From positions 1 through 56,070 of IMG/VR virus record IMGVR_UViG_3300021197_001081: 56,070 nt of DNA. One strand, given 5' to 3'. The notes beneath the pieces were generated by a model, which was not told where the DNA came from, did no database searches, and worked only from the letters and a program-made list of their open reading frames with translations. Numbering within the stretch: position 1 is the first letter of the stretch; each line of letters begins with the position of its first letter. Of this stretch, positions 47,185 to 55,960 are shown piece after piece. Origin of the DNA: a virus. Its lineage: Duplodnaviria; Caudoviricetes. Both the position numbers and the translations under genes were made by a program.

Positions 47185-47635
47185 TTTCTTTATTCATTTC
47201 TTTAATCATATTACGATAAACTTTATCCATATATGATGCGTCATTTCTAAATAATGGATTGGCACACGCGGATTCTGCAATTTCCTCACCGTTTAACTTT
47301 TTGTAAATAGTATTTATTATTCTTTTGGCTTTATATGTCAATTCATATAAGGTCGTTTCATTACCTTTTCTTTTTCTCCAAACATGAATCCACTCTTCTT
47401 TAAGAAGTTTACTGAAACGATTTACATCCCAGGACATTATTTCTTCATACTCTTTGAATTGACTTTTATTAAAAATTTGTTCGCTGTACAAAAACAGTAA
47501 CATCTCTAAATCAGGAGTTCCTAAACCGTATTTAGCCTTTACCCAATATCTTATAACTCTCCAGTATTTTAGAAAATCATGATCAGGCAGTTTCCTGGTA
47601 GTATTTTTCCGCGGATAGACTCCTTTAAATTTCAT
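47171..47635 (-). CDS. Putative winged-helix DNA-binding protein
   Basis: 154 aa; LEMLLFLY...RFSKLLKEEWI...LYELTYKAKRII resembles a MarR-like wHTH. Confidence 0.55.
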   Translation of the reverse strand: MKFKGVYPRKNTTRKLPDHDFLKYWRVIRYWVKAKYGLGTPDLEMLLFLYSEQIFNKSQFKEYEEIMSWDVNRFSKLLKEEWIHVWRKRKGNETTLYELTYKAKRIINTIYKKLNGEEIAESACANPLFRNDASYMDKVYRNMIKEMNKEIREQ

Positions 47636-47648
47636 TGAATTAAATTCT

Positions 47649-47656
47649 TATATTTG
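47649..47656 (+). promoter_or_regulatory. Bacteroidota-type -7 promoter box (TATATTTG)
   Basis: Upstream of the basic microprotein cluster. Confidence 0.6.
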
Positions 47657-47689
47657 TAAAGATAAAATAAATATTTAAAATCATAAGTT

Positions 47690-47920
47690 ATGCCAGATCC
47701 AGTTAAACAGAAGGATAAAAATAGATTAAGAGTAAGAACTCAAGTTTGCAAGACATCCAGAAGTGGAAAAACCAAATGTAAATACAAGATGGTTAAAAGA
47801 ACACCTAAGCAATTAACAGCTTATGATGAAATGAAAGCAAGAGGATCTAAAAGAAAATTAAGTGATCTTGACGTAAACTATCCTGTCAAAGTAATTGATA
47901 AAAGAAAAAAGAAAAAATAA
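47690..47920 (+). CDS. Basic microprotein (MPDP N-terminus)
   Basis: 76 aa, Lys/Arg-rich. Confidence 0.6.
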   Translation: MPDPVKQKDKNRLRVRTQVCKTSRSGKTKCKYKMVKRTPKQLTAYDEMKARGSKRKLSDLDVNYPVKVIDKRKKKK

Positions 47921-47931
47921 TATATACAACT

Positions 47932-48105
47932 ATGCCAACAGTAAGCTATAAGTGTGGAGACACAGGTAAAATTAAAAAAAGACAATTTCCTTACAACGCA
48001 GTAGGTAAAGCTCAAGCAACAGAATTTGCTAAAACAATGGGCGGTAAAGTAAAAAACAATCCAAACTATGGTAATGAAAAAGCTATGGGTAAAAAAATGT
48101 ATTAA
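47932..48105 (+). CDS. Basic microprotein (57 aa)
   Basis: MPTVSYKCGDTGKIKKRQFPYNAVGKAQA... Not in the ORF track. Confidence 0.65.
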   Translation: MPTVSYKCGDTGKIKKRQFPYNAVGKAQATEFAKTMGGKVKNNPNYGNEKAMGKKMY

Positions 48106-48108
48106 ACC

Positions 48109-48384
48109 ATGCCAGATCCAATTACTAAAAAAGTTAAAGACTCTTTAAAAAGGGTAAAAGTTAGAAAAAAAATTGTAAAAGATTCTACAAGTAGAATGGC
48201 TATGGTCAATGTCTTAAAAAAAGAATTAGGCAAAGAAAACTACAATAAGATTAGAACTACAAAAGGTGTAAAACAAGTTAAGCTAACTTCTAAGCAAAAG
48301 AAATATATTAGCAGAATTAATCGTTTAGCTAAAACAGAGCAAAAGAATAGAAGAAAAATTAACAATAATCCAAGAAAAAGATAA
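48109..48384 (+). CDS. Basic microprotein (MPDP N-terminus)
   Basis: 91 aa, Lys/Arg-rich. Confidence 0.6.
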   Translation: MPDPITKKVKDSLKRVKVRKKIVKDSTSRMAMVNVLKKELGKENYNKIRTTKGVKQVKLTSKQKKYISRINRLAKTEQKNRRKINNNPRKR

Positions 48385-48388
48385 AATT

Positions 48389-48754
48389 ATGCCAGATCCA
48401 AAATGTACATTTAAATATAATGGTCAAGTGATGACAGAGTTTTCAGGTACTGGTAAAAAAGAGTGCGAAGAAAAACGAAAAGCTTTTAATCAGTTTAAAA
48501 AAGAACGCGATGCGAGAGCAAGGGAGTTGCTGGGTATGGAAACTAAAGATACAACTTCTGGTAAAAGATCTAAAAGCGGTACTACTAAAAAGAAAAAAAG
48601 TAATTTTTTACAAAAAGTAAGTAAAACTTTAGGTATTAAAAAGAAAACTGAAGCTCAGAAAGAAAGAATAAAACAAAATAAAGCTAATCAGAAAAAAGCT
48701 AAAAACATTAGAAGAAGTAGAAGAAAAGGGCTTGATAGAAACGCCAGAAACTAA
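48389..48754 (+). CDS. Basic protein (MPDP N-terminus)
   Basis: 121 aa, Lys/Arg-rich. Confidence 0.6.
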   Translation: MPDPKCTFKYNGQVMTEFSGTGKKECEEKRKAFNQFKKERDARARELLGMETKDTTSGKRSKSGTTKKKKSNFLQKVSKTLGIKKKTEAQKERIKQNKANQKKAKNIRRSRRKGLDRNARN

Positions 48755-48768
48755 TTTATTAAATTTTG

Positions 48769-48776
48769 TATATTTG
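48769..48776 (+). promoter_or_regulatory. Bacteroidota-type -7 promoter box (TATATTTG)
   Basis: Intergenic TAnnTTTG. Confidence 0.6.
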
Positions 48777-48803
48777 TGTTATTAATAACTTAAAATAAAA
48801 ATT

Positions 48804-48998
48804 ATGAAACAAGGTTATAATGATAGATTAGATGAGTCTTTAGGTTCAAGAAACGGAAAGAAGTCTCAGTCTATGAAGTCTCGTAGAAATGAAAGCAAGG
48901 CTATGTCTAAAAAAATGTATGGTCATGCTTACGGAGCTGACAAGTCAATGTCTTATAGACACGTTGCTAAAATAGTAAAGCACGATCATTTAAAGTAA
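48804..48998 (+). CDS. Basic microprotein
   Basis: MKQGYNDRLDESLGSRNGKKSQSMKSRRNESK. Confidence 0.7.
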   Translation: MKQGYNDRLDESLGSRNGKKSQSMKSRRNESKAMSKKMYGHAYGADKSMSYRHVAKIVKHDHLK

Positions 48999-49001
48999 GA
49001 T

Positions 49002-49160
49002 ATGAGTTTTAAAAAAGTAGCAGCAAAAATAGCAAGAAAAGGAGGTTATTCTAAAAAAGCTGCTGGAGCTATTTTAGCTTCTGCATCAAGAAAGGCAAGC
49101 GCTAAGGCTAAAAAGAAAAACCCTAAACTTAAAAAAGTAAAGGGTAAGGCAAGGCGATAA
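49002..49160 (+). CDS. Lys/Ala-rich microprotein (52 aa)
   Basis: MSFKKVAAKIARKGGYSKKAAGAILASASRKAS... Not in the ORF track. Confidence 0.65.
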   Translation: MSFKKVAAKIARKGGYSKKAAGAILASASRKASAKAKKKNPKLKKVKGKARR

Positions 49161-49176
49161 TTTAAATTTTAATCAA

Positions 49177-49332
49177 ATGGCAAAAAAGAAAGTAGTCAAA
49201 AAAGATGCTTCTAATAAAAAGAAGCCAGTAGTAAAAAAACCAGTGGATAAAAAAAAGGTTGTTGAGTTAGAGTTAAAAAGCTCTGTTCAGCACATAAATG
49301 TTTATCCAAAGTATAATCCTTTAAGAAAATAA
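49177..49332 (+). CDS. Lys-rich microprotein (51 aa)
   Basis: MAKKKVVKKDASNKKKPVVKK... Not in the ORF track. Confidence 0.55.
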   Translation: MAKKKVVKKDASNKKKPVVKKPVDKKKVVELELKSSVQHINVYPKYNPLRK

Positions 49333-49334
49333 AA

Positions 49335-49472
49335 ATGGGAAGATTATTAGTAAAATTAGGTCTATGGATGCAAGGGGTATGGTGTAAATTTCAATGTGGA
49401 TGGAACGCATTAATATCTAAGCTTTTATTTAAAGTAGAGTCTTGTCCAAACAAATTATGTACTTGTAAGTAA
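49335..49472 (+). CDS. Cys/Trp-rich microprotein (45 aa)
   Basis: MGRLLVKLGLWMQGVWCKFQCGWN...CPNKLCTCK. Not in the ORF track. Confidence 0.6.
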   Translation: MGRLLVKLGLWMQGVWCKFQCGWNALISKLLFKVESCPNKLCTCK

Positions 49473-49648
49473 TGAAAAAAAATTTTACAAAAATACAGAC
49501 AATAAACAGATCCAGAGGATTTGGAGATACAGTAGAGAAATTTACAAAAGCTACTGGAATAAAAAAAGTTGTAGATACAGTTACTAAAGGTGATTGTGGC
49601 TGCAACAAACGTAGGGATTCACTTAACAGAATGTTTCCTTATAAGTAA
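49472..49648 (+). CDS. Small phage protein with a DCGC motif (58 aa)
   Basis: SRGFGDTVEKFTKATGIKKVV...DCGCNKRRDSLNRMFPY. Not in the ORF track. Confidence 0.7.
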   Translation: MKKNFTKIQTINRSRGFGDTVEKFTKATGIKKVVDTVTKGDCGCNKRRDSLNRMFPYK

Positions 49649-49683
49649 ACAAACGAGATTTTTAACCCTCAAAAAAAAACAAA

Positions 49684-50217
49684 ATGGCATATCCAAAAAT
49701 TACTGTTAACACAGGGCTGGCGCAAAAAGTAATATCCAGCAACACATTACCAATACCATCACCAGACTTGGCACAATTAACTGGAACAACTACAGCAACT
49801 ACAGCAAATAAATTAGTAGATGTAGGGGCTGATTTTTCTAATGTAAGTGTAGGAGATATTATTTATAATACTACAGATAATACATCAGCAACAGTAACAG
49901 CAATAGATACTTCAACAATATTATCAATAAGTTCAGATATATTTACTTCTCCAGAAGCATATACTATATTTTTAGGTGGCCCTAATGGTTCGTCAAGAAT
50001 AGATTCTTCTGAAGGATGTTTATTATATGTAGGAAGTAATCTCACAACTATGGATATAGCTAAATCTTATGTTTTTATTAAAGTTCAAACAGTAGCAGGT
50101 AGTGATATAACATTTGAAAACTTTCCAGTAGGAAACTATCTTCCAATTCAAATAATAAAATTATACACCACAGGCACAGATGCTGCGTCTCGTAATAGTT
50201 GTATAGCAATTTGGTAA
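49684..50217 (+). CDS. Probable virion structural protein
   Basis: 177 aa, Thr-rich, shares a GTTT...ADF...VGDI segment with the 9152 ring protein. Confidence 0.6.
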   Translation: MAYPKITVNTGLAQKVISSNTLPIPSPDLAQLTGTTTATTANKLVDVGADFSNVSVGDIIYNTTDNTSATVTAIDTSTILSISSDIFTSPEAYTIFLGGPNGSSRIDSSEGCLLYVGSNLTTMDIAKSYVFIKVQTVAGSDITFENFPVGNYLPIQIIKLYTTGTDAASRNSCIAIW

Positions 50218-50218
50218 T

Positions 50219-50386
50219 ATGAACTTTGATATGTCAGATATAAAATTATACGCTTTAAATGCAACGTCTCTTGTTGTATCATTTTCACAAATTGATATGG
50301 CTTTAAAAATAATTTTGCTCGCACTAAGTGTTGGGTATACCGCTCAAAAGTGGTACTTATTGAATAAAGAAAGAAAGAACAAATAG
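50219..50386 (+). CDS. Putative holin (55 aa)
   Basis: Hydrophobic segments and a basic C-terminal tail, directly upstream of the endolysin. Not in the ORF track. Confidence 0.55.
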   Translation: MNFDMSDIKLYALNATSLVVSFSQIDMALKIILLALSVGYTAQKWYLLNKERKNK

Positions 50387-50416
50387 TAAAAGTTCTAAAA
50401 TCTTAATTAAAAACAT

Positions 50417-50446
50417 AAGAGGCACAGAACGACTGTGTCTTTTTTT
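50417..50446 (+). terminator. Rho-independent terminator between the putative holin and the endolysin
   Basis: AGAGGCACAG-AACGA-CTGTGTCTTT followed by a T-tract. Confidence 0.7.
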
Positions 50447-50457
50447 ATATATAAAAT

Positions 50458-50886
50458 ATGAAAAAAGTTGAAAAAATCATTATTCATTGTTCTGCAACAA
50501 GAGAAGGTGATGACTCTATTAATGCTGAGGTTATAGATCGATGGCATAAAAAAAGAGGATGGAAAGGAATTGGATATCATTTTTTAGTTTTGATTGACGG
50601 ATCTATTGAGCCTGGAAGAATGATAAATAAGTGCGGTGCGCATACGAAAGGGTTGAACTGTAGTTCAGTCTCAATTTGTTATGTGGGAGGGGTAGAATCT
50701 GAAAGAGACTCAAAAGGAAAGTATCCTGCAAAGGATACAAGAACACCAGAGCAAAAAGAAACATTGTTAGAATTATTGCAAGTATTGCGTAAAATATATC
50801 CAGAAGCAAAAATCCATGGTCATCGAGACTTTGCGGCTAAAGCTTGCCCAAGCTTTGATGCAACAACAGAATATTGTAATATTTAA
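50458..50886 (+). CDS. Endolysin, N-acetylmuramoyl-L-alanine amidase (Amidase_2, T7 lysozyme-like)
   Basis: IIIHCSAT, IGYHF, GAH, ICYVGG, GHRD and KACPSF zinc-amidase motifs. Confidence 0.93.
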   Translation: MKKVEKIIIHCSATREGDDSINAEVIDRWHKKRGWKGIGYHFLVLIDGSIEPGRMINKCGAHTKGLNCSSVSICYVGGVESERDSKGKYPAKDTRTPEQKETLLELLQVLRKIYPEAKIHGHRDFAAKACPSFDATTEYCNI

Positions 50887-50898
50887 AAATAAATTCTT

Positions 50899-51057
50899 AT
50901 GGCAAAAAAAGGTAGAACTAAAGGAAATAAAATTTGTGCAGCAGGAATCTCCTGGGCTAAAAGAACATTTGATAAATACCCATCTGCCTATGCAAATATG
51001 GCGGCAAGTAAATATTGTAAAGATCCTAATTACGGAAAAGGTAAAAAAAAGAAATAA
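50899..51057 (+). CDS. Basic microprotein (52 aa)
   Basis: KICAAGISWAKRTFDKYPSAYANMAASKYCK. Not in the ORF track; replaces track ORF 50816..51067. Confidence 0.7.
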   Translation: MAKKGRTKGNKICAAGISWAKRTFDKYPSAYANMAASKYCKDPNYGKGKKKK

Positions 51058-51059
51058 AG

Positions 51060-51374
51060 ATGAATAAAGATAAAACTATAGTAACTACTGCTTCTGTTAC
51101 AAACGTAAAGAACGACAAAAAGAAAAGAAAAAGTCGTTCAACGTTTGAATCAAATAATAGAATCTCAAAAAAAGTAACTAATGGAAATGTTGTTAAGCGC
51201 AAGTCTGCAACCCTTCAAAAAGATGGATCTTTAGTAATTAGCGTTAACACTTCTAAAAAACCTGCAGGAAGAACAAGGATGGTAAGAAATAAAAAAAGAG
51301 CAGTTAAGAAATTAGATAGATTAAAGAATAGATTTAATAAACGACAAGATCGTTTCATAGACAACATAAGTTAA
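51060..51374 (+). CDS. Basic hypothetical protein
   Basis: 104 aa, Lys/Arg-rich. Confidence 0.55.
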   Translation: MNKDKTIVTTASVTNVKNDKKKRKSRSTFESNNRISKKVTNGNVVKRKSATLQKDGSLVISVNTSKKPAGRTRMVRNKKRAVKKLDRLKNRFNKRQDRFIDNIS

Positions 51375-51604
51375 TGGGAGAACTAAAAGAATGGCGCGAT
51401 GAAAATTGGGTGCGCATAGGAACGGATGGAAAAATAAAAGGCCCATGTGGAACTTCTAAGAACAAAAAAAATCCTGATAGATGTTTACCTATGGCTAAAG
51501 CTAAAAGCCTCTCTAAAAGAAAGCTTTCAGCTACAGCTCGAAAGAAAAAGAAAGCAGGAGCAAAAGGAAAACAGTTTGTTAAAAATGTAAAAGGAGTAAG
51601 ATGA
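51374..51604 (+). CDS. Basic microprotein
   Basis: MGELKEWRDENWVRIG...CG...RCLP...KQFVKN. Confidence 0.7.
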   Translation: MGELKEWRDENWVRIGTDGKIKGPCGTSKNKKNPDRCLPMAKAKSLSKRKLSATARKKKKAGAKGKQFVKNVKGVR

Positions 51605-51918
51605 AAAAAACAATAAATAAAAAAAAGAAGTCTTCTAAGACACATGTTCGAACTAAGTCAAAGGTAAAGCTGAAAGGGAGGAAAAGAAAATATTCTGAAT
51701 CCTTAAAAAGCAGGTCTGTTATAAGCTCACCAAATAGCACCGCTACACTTAACCAACGTTTGAAAAGGGGAAAAGCATCGGCTGTTTTTAAAAAAGTGAA
51801 AAAAAATAAAAATGGTACTTATACTCTTGAGCAAGGTAGAGACGGAGGTAATTTTACTTCAAAAATAATAACTGCCGCTCAAGCTATGAGAATAAAAAAA
51901 CAAATGAATAAAAAATAA
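51601..51918 (+). CDS. Basic hypothetical protein
   Basis: 105 aa, Lys-rich. Confidence 0.55.
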   Translation: MKKTINKKKKSSKTHVRTKSKVKLKGRKRKYSESLKSRSVISSPNSTATLNQRLKRGKASAVFKKVKKNKNGTYTLEQGRDGGNFTSKIITAAQAMRIKKQMNKK

Positions 51919-52193
51919 TGGCAGTAAGAAGAACTACAAAAGGAAAAAACGCAAACTACCGATCTACAGCAAGTGGAGCTGGTATGACTGCACGTGGAGT
52001 AGCTGCATACAATAGAAAAACTGGAGGCAATTTAAAAACTGCTGTTACTGAAAAAAAACCAAGTAAGGGCAGAGCTAAAAGAAGAAAATCATATTGTGCA
52101 AGAAGTTTAGGTCAAATGAAGATGCATAATATAAGTTGTAAAAAAACACCTAACAAAAGAATTTGTAAAGCCAGAAAACGCTGGAAGTGTTAA
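51918..52193 (+). CDS. Basic phage protein (RRKSYCARS...RWKC type)
   Basis: GAGMTARGVAAY, RRKSYCARS and ARKRWKC motifs. Confidence 0.7.
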   Translation: MAVRRTTKGKNANYRSTASGAGMTARGVAAYNRKTGGNLKTAVTEKKPSKGRAKRRKSYCARSLGQMKMHNISCKKTPNKRICKARKRWKC

Positions 52194-52209
52194 CTTAAAA
52201 TGTATAGAA

Positions 52210-52605
52210 ATGAAAAAAATAATTGACTGGTTCGGTGGTACTGTTGTTAAAGATTTAATGTCAGGACTTGATAAACTTTTTACATCTAAAGAGGAAAAAA
52301 TTATAGCTGAAAACGCTATCAAGCAAATTATAATTCAAAAGCAATTAGAGTTGCAGAAAATGCAAACTGAAATTATAGTTACAGAAGCAAAAGGTAATTG
52401 GCTTCAAAGAAGTTGGAGGCCAATACTAATGTTAGCTTTTGGTTTTATAGTAATCTATGTAAAGTTTCTTGCTCCCTTATTTGATTTAAAAATACCTGAA
52501 TTAGAAAATGAATTTTGGAACTTGCTACAATTAGGTATAGGGGGTTATGTTGTTGGTAGGAGTGCTGAAAAAATATCTAAGAATATCACCATTTCTAAAA
52601 AATAA
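52210..52605 (+). CDS. Holin-like membrane protein (GTA 3TM holin family-like)
   Basis: WLQRSWRP followed by two transmembrane segments and GGYVVGRSAEK. Confidence 0.75.
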   Translation: MKKIIDWFGGTVVKDLMSGLDKLFTSKEEKIIAENAIKQIIIQKQLELQKMQTEIIVTEAKGNWLQRSWRPILMLAFGFIVIYVKFLAPLFDLKIPELENEFWNLLQLGIGGYVVGRSAEKISKNITISKK

Positions 52606-52623
52606 ACAAAGAAAAAAAAAGAT

Positions 52624-52631
52624 TAACTTTG
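52624..52631 (+). promoter_or_regulatory. Bacteroidota-type -7 promoter box (TAACTTTG)
   Basis: Upstream of the fibre genes. Confidence 0.6.
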
Positions 52632-52655
52632 TATCTGTAAAAACAAGCAAATTAA

Positions 52656-53369
52656 ATGGCAAGAATAAGCACATATAAAAACGCAACACCTGTAGTAGCT
52701 TCAGATAAATGGATAGGTTCTGACTCTCAGAACAACATGCAGACTAAAAACTTTACAGCTCAAGCTGTTGCTGATTTTATAAATAAAACTGGAGGCCAAG
52801 GTCAAAACTTACGATATAGATACAATGAAACAAATGCTTATGAAACAGGAACTTTATCTTTTTCAGGTGGTGGATCAGACAGTGTTTTATTAAACAGCAT
52901 TTCCACTATAGATGCCTCAGTTTTTGACACAAGAAGTCCAACTATTGATATTTATGATTTTATTCAAAATGCTTTATTAGACTCAGACATATTATTAACT
53001 GATTGTAGTGATATTACTAACTGGGCTATATATACAGTTAATTCAGTCGTTAAAAAAGGCAGCAATGTTCAAGCGACTTTAGGCTTAACTTTTAAGGCAG
53101 GAGGTGGGAGCTTAATCGCAAATAAAGATTATTTCATATCTTTGCTAAAGTATGATGCAAACGCATCAGGAGATTTAAATTTCACAGTGGGAATACCTGG
53201 AAACAGCCTCACTTATTTAATAACTCACAATTTAAATAAATTCCCAGCAGTTTCTGTTTTTGAAGATGGAACTCAAAAGGAAATATTTGGAGAAGTAACA
53301 TATAATAATTTAAACCAGTGTACTTTAACTTTTACAAGTTTAGTTACTGGAACAGCAACATTTAATTAA
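52656..53369 (+). CDS. Tail/fibre-associated structural protein
   Basis: MARISTY...DKWIGSD N-terminus and a C-terminal ITHNLNKFPAVSV domain. Confidence 0.65.
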   Translation: MARISTYKNATPVVASDKWIGSDSQNNMQTKNFTAQAVADFINKTGGQGQNLRYRYNETNAYETGTLSFSGGGSDSVLLNSISTIDASVFDTRSPTIDIYDFIQNALLDSDILLTDCSDITNWAIYTVNSVVKKGSNVQATLGLTFKAGGGSLIANKDYFISLLKYDANASGDLNFTVGIPGNSLTYLITHNLNKFPAVSVFEDGTQKEIFGEVTYNNLNQCTLTFTSLVTGTATFN

Positions 53370-53380
53370 AAAAAAGAATT

Positions 53381-55927
53381 ATGGCAATAGGGTATTTAAC
53401 TAACATTGATCTTAACAATAATCAGGTCAAAGATTTTAAGATTGACAACGTAACCTCAGATCCAACAGGATTAGCTGGCGAAGGACAAATGATATATAGA
53501 ACTGATACTAATCAGATGAAATATCATACAGGTTCTAATAACTGGGTAGCATTTGGAACAAGCGGTGGTACAGTTACTTCCGTTAATTTAGGAAGTAGTA
53601 CATCTACAATTAGTGTATCTGGAGGCCCTATTACTACAAGTGGAACTATACAAGTTAATTTACCAACTTCTGGAGTTACACCAGGATCATACACAAGCGC
53701 AGATATTACAGTTAATGCTTATGGGATAATCACCGCTGCTTCTGATGGTGGTGCAGGAACAATGAGTAACTGGAAATTAACAGCTGATTCAGGAGGTGTA
53801 GCAACAATATCAAATAATGATACAGTTGATATTTCTGGTAACACTTATATAACTACAGCAAGAAGTGGAGACAATGTAAGTATAACTCACGATGCTACTT
53901 CAAGATCAAATACAACTTCTACTGGCGCGCCAGCTGCTGGAGCAACTTTTACTGCAATTGATGCTATAACGACAAACTCAACAGGTCACATAACTGCTGT
54001 TAATACAAAAACAGTTACTATGCCAGCTGATCAACAAGGGGTTATATCTGTTGCAACTGGTAACGGAATATCAGGTGGAACAATAACCTCAATAGGTACT
54101 TTAACTGTTGGAGCTGGACCTGGTTTATCACAATCGTCTACAGGATTATTAGTAGATTATTTAGGAACTGACAACGTTATATTAGCTGCTGCCGATGGTG
54201 TTACAACACCAATTACTGTAGCTGCTGGAGATAGAATAATTATAAGTGACGCTACAGATAATAATGTTAAATATGTAAATATATCACAATTAACCGCAGC
54301 TGTTGGTGGAGGTACAGTTACTTCTGTAAATGTAAAAACAGATGGTACTTCTTTAAATGTAGCCTCAAACACAATCACAGGATTTGGCACAATGACAATG
54401 GTTTGGCAAGGTAGCACTTCTCAGTATGTAAATGGTGAAGGAGATTTAGTAACTTTCCCAGCTATTCCAACAGTAGGAAATGGAACACTAACAGTTCAAG
54501 GAACTGGTGCTTTAGGAGGAACTGGAACATTTACAGCCAATCAATCAGGTAATACAACTATATCTGTAACTCATGATAGTTTTTCAGACACAGAAACTAC
54601 AGATGCTGCTACCTTATCATTTGGTGGAACATTTGATGCTTATACAGATGTAACAACTAATTCAACAGGACACGTAACAGGCCATGAGGTAACAACATTT
54701 ACACTGCCTGCTAATCCAAATGTAAATACAACATCTTTACCAGTTAAAAATAGTGGAGGAACTACACAGTTTACATCTACCGATTCAACAGGTATTAGAT
54801 TTGCAGCTTCAGGCTCTACATCAATAGCATTTGATTCTGGAACTCAAAAAGTTACATTTAGCTCAACTAATACAAACGAAACATATACTTTACCAGTTGC
54901 CGCAGGAGGTTCTAACTCTGCTGTTCTTAATTTAACAGCTGGAGGAACTGGATCAGGTATTAAGTCATCTGTGACGATAAATGGAACTTCAAGTGAAATA
55001 CAGGTTACGGAATCAACTGGAAATAACGGTAGTCTTACTATTGGCTTACCAGATGATGTTACAATCACTTCTGACTTAACAGTTGGAGATAATTTAACAT
55101 TAACAAGTGGTAACTTAAGTGTTACAGGTACAGGTTCTTTTACAGGACAAGTAACAATTCCTGTTACTCCAACTGCGTCAGCTCATGCAGCTTCTAAGAG
55201 TTATGTAGACTCTACGTTGGCAGGATCAGGAGCTTTAATATTCCAAGGTGGATATAACGCAGCAACTAATACGCCTGATTTAGATGTTAACCCAAGTGCA
55301 TCAATAAAACAAGGTTGGACATATGCAGTAACAGCAGCAGGACAATTCTTTGGGGAAACAGTTGAAGATGGTGATTTGCTTATTGCAGAATCAGACTCTC
55401 CAACAGCATTATCTGATTGGACAGTTGTTCAAAATAACATTGGAGTTGCTACAGCAGGTTCTACAGACGGAGGAACAACAAAAGGTATAGCAGGATTTGA
55501 TTCAGCTAACTTTACAGTAAGTACAAATGGTTGGGTTCAATTAAACAACCAGGGTACAGCAGGTAACTACGGAGATGCTAACGAAACAGTAACTCTTGCA
55601 ATTAATGCAGATGGTATTGTTACTTCAGCTTCAGAACAAGCAATTGCAATAACAGCATCTCAGGTAACTGATTTCTGTAATGCAGTTGATACTTGTGTTG
55701 CTGATAACGGAGTAACTGCAAATATTGGAGACGGAACTGCTGTTGCTTACCAAATAAATCATAACTTAGGCACAAGAAATGTAATTGTTTCATGCTACAG
55801 AAACTCTTCACCATACGATACAGTAATGTTAGATGTTGAGAGAACAAGTACAAATCAAGTTACTTTAAGAACAACAACTGCTTTAGCTTCTAACGCTGTT
55901 TCAGTTATTATTACAAAAGTAACATAG
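53381..55927 (+). CDS. Tail fibre protein
   Basis: 848 aa, Gly/Thr/Ser-rich, with GTVTSV, ITVNAYGIITAAS and GHITAV fibre repeats and a C-terminal INHNLGTR domain. Confidence 0.8.
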   Translation: MAIGYLTNIDLNNNQVKDFKIDNVTSDPTGLAGEGQMIYRTDTNQMKYHTGSNNWVAFGTSGGTVTSVNLGSSTSTISVSGGPITTSGTIQVNLPTSGVTPGSYTSADITVNAYGIITAASDGGAGTMSNWKLTADSGGVATISNNDTVDISGNTYITTARSGDNVSITHDATSRSNTTSTGAPAAGATFTAIDAITTNSTGHITAVNTKTVTMPADQQGVISVATGNGISGGTITSIGTLTVGAGPGLSQSSTGLLVDYLGTDNVILAAADGVTTPITVAAGDRIIISDATDNNVKYVNISQLTAAVGGGTVTSVNVKTDGTSLNVASNTITGFGTMTMVWQGSTSQYVNGEGDLVTFPAIPTVGNGTLTVQGTGALGGTGTFTANQSGNTTISVTHDSFSDTETTDAATLSFGGTFDAYTDVTTNSTGHVTGHEVTTFTLPANPNVNTTSLPVKNSGGTTQFTSTDSTGIRFAASGSTSIAFDSGTQKVTFSSTNTNETYTLPVAAGGSNSAVLNLTAGGTGSGIKSSVTINGTSSEIQVTESTGNNGSLTIGLPDDVTITSDLTVGDNLTLTSGNLSVTGTGSFTGQVTIPVTPTASAHAASKSYVDSTLAGSGALIFQGGYNAATNTPDLDVNPSASIKQGWTYAVTAAGQFFGETVEDGDLLIAESDSPTALSDWTVVQNNIGVATAGSTDGGTTKGIAGFDSANFTVSTNGWVQLNNQGTAGNYGDANETVTLAINADGIVTSASEQAIAITASQVTDFCNAVDTCVADNGVTANIGDGTAVAYQINHNLGTRNVIVSCYRNSSPYDTVMLDVERTSTNQVTLRTTTALASNAVSVIITKVT

Positions 55928-55960
55928 TAGTATGTAACCTTTTAAAATAAATTCAATAAT

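Noticed and set aside
50816-51067. Track ORF 50816..51067
   Set aside because: It overlaps the amidase, and a different frame (50899..51057) gives a motif-bearing protein with proper packing.
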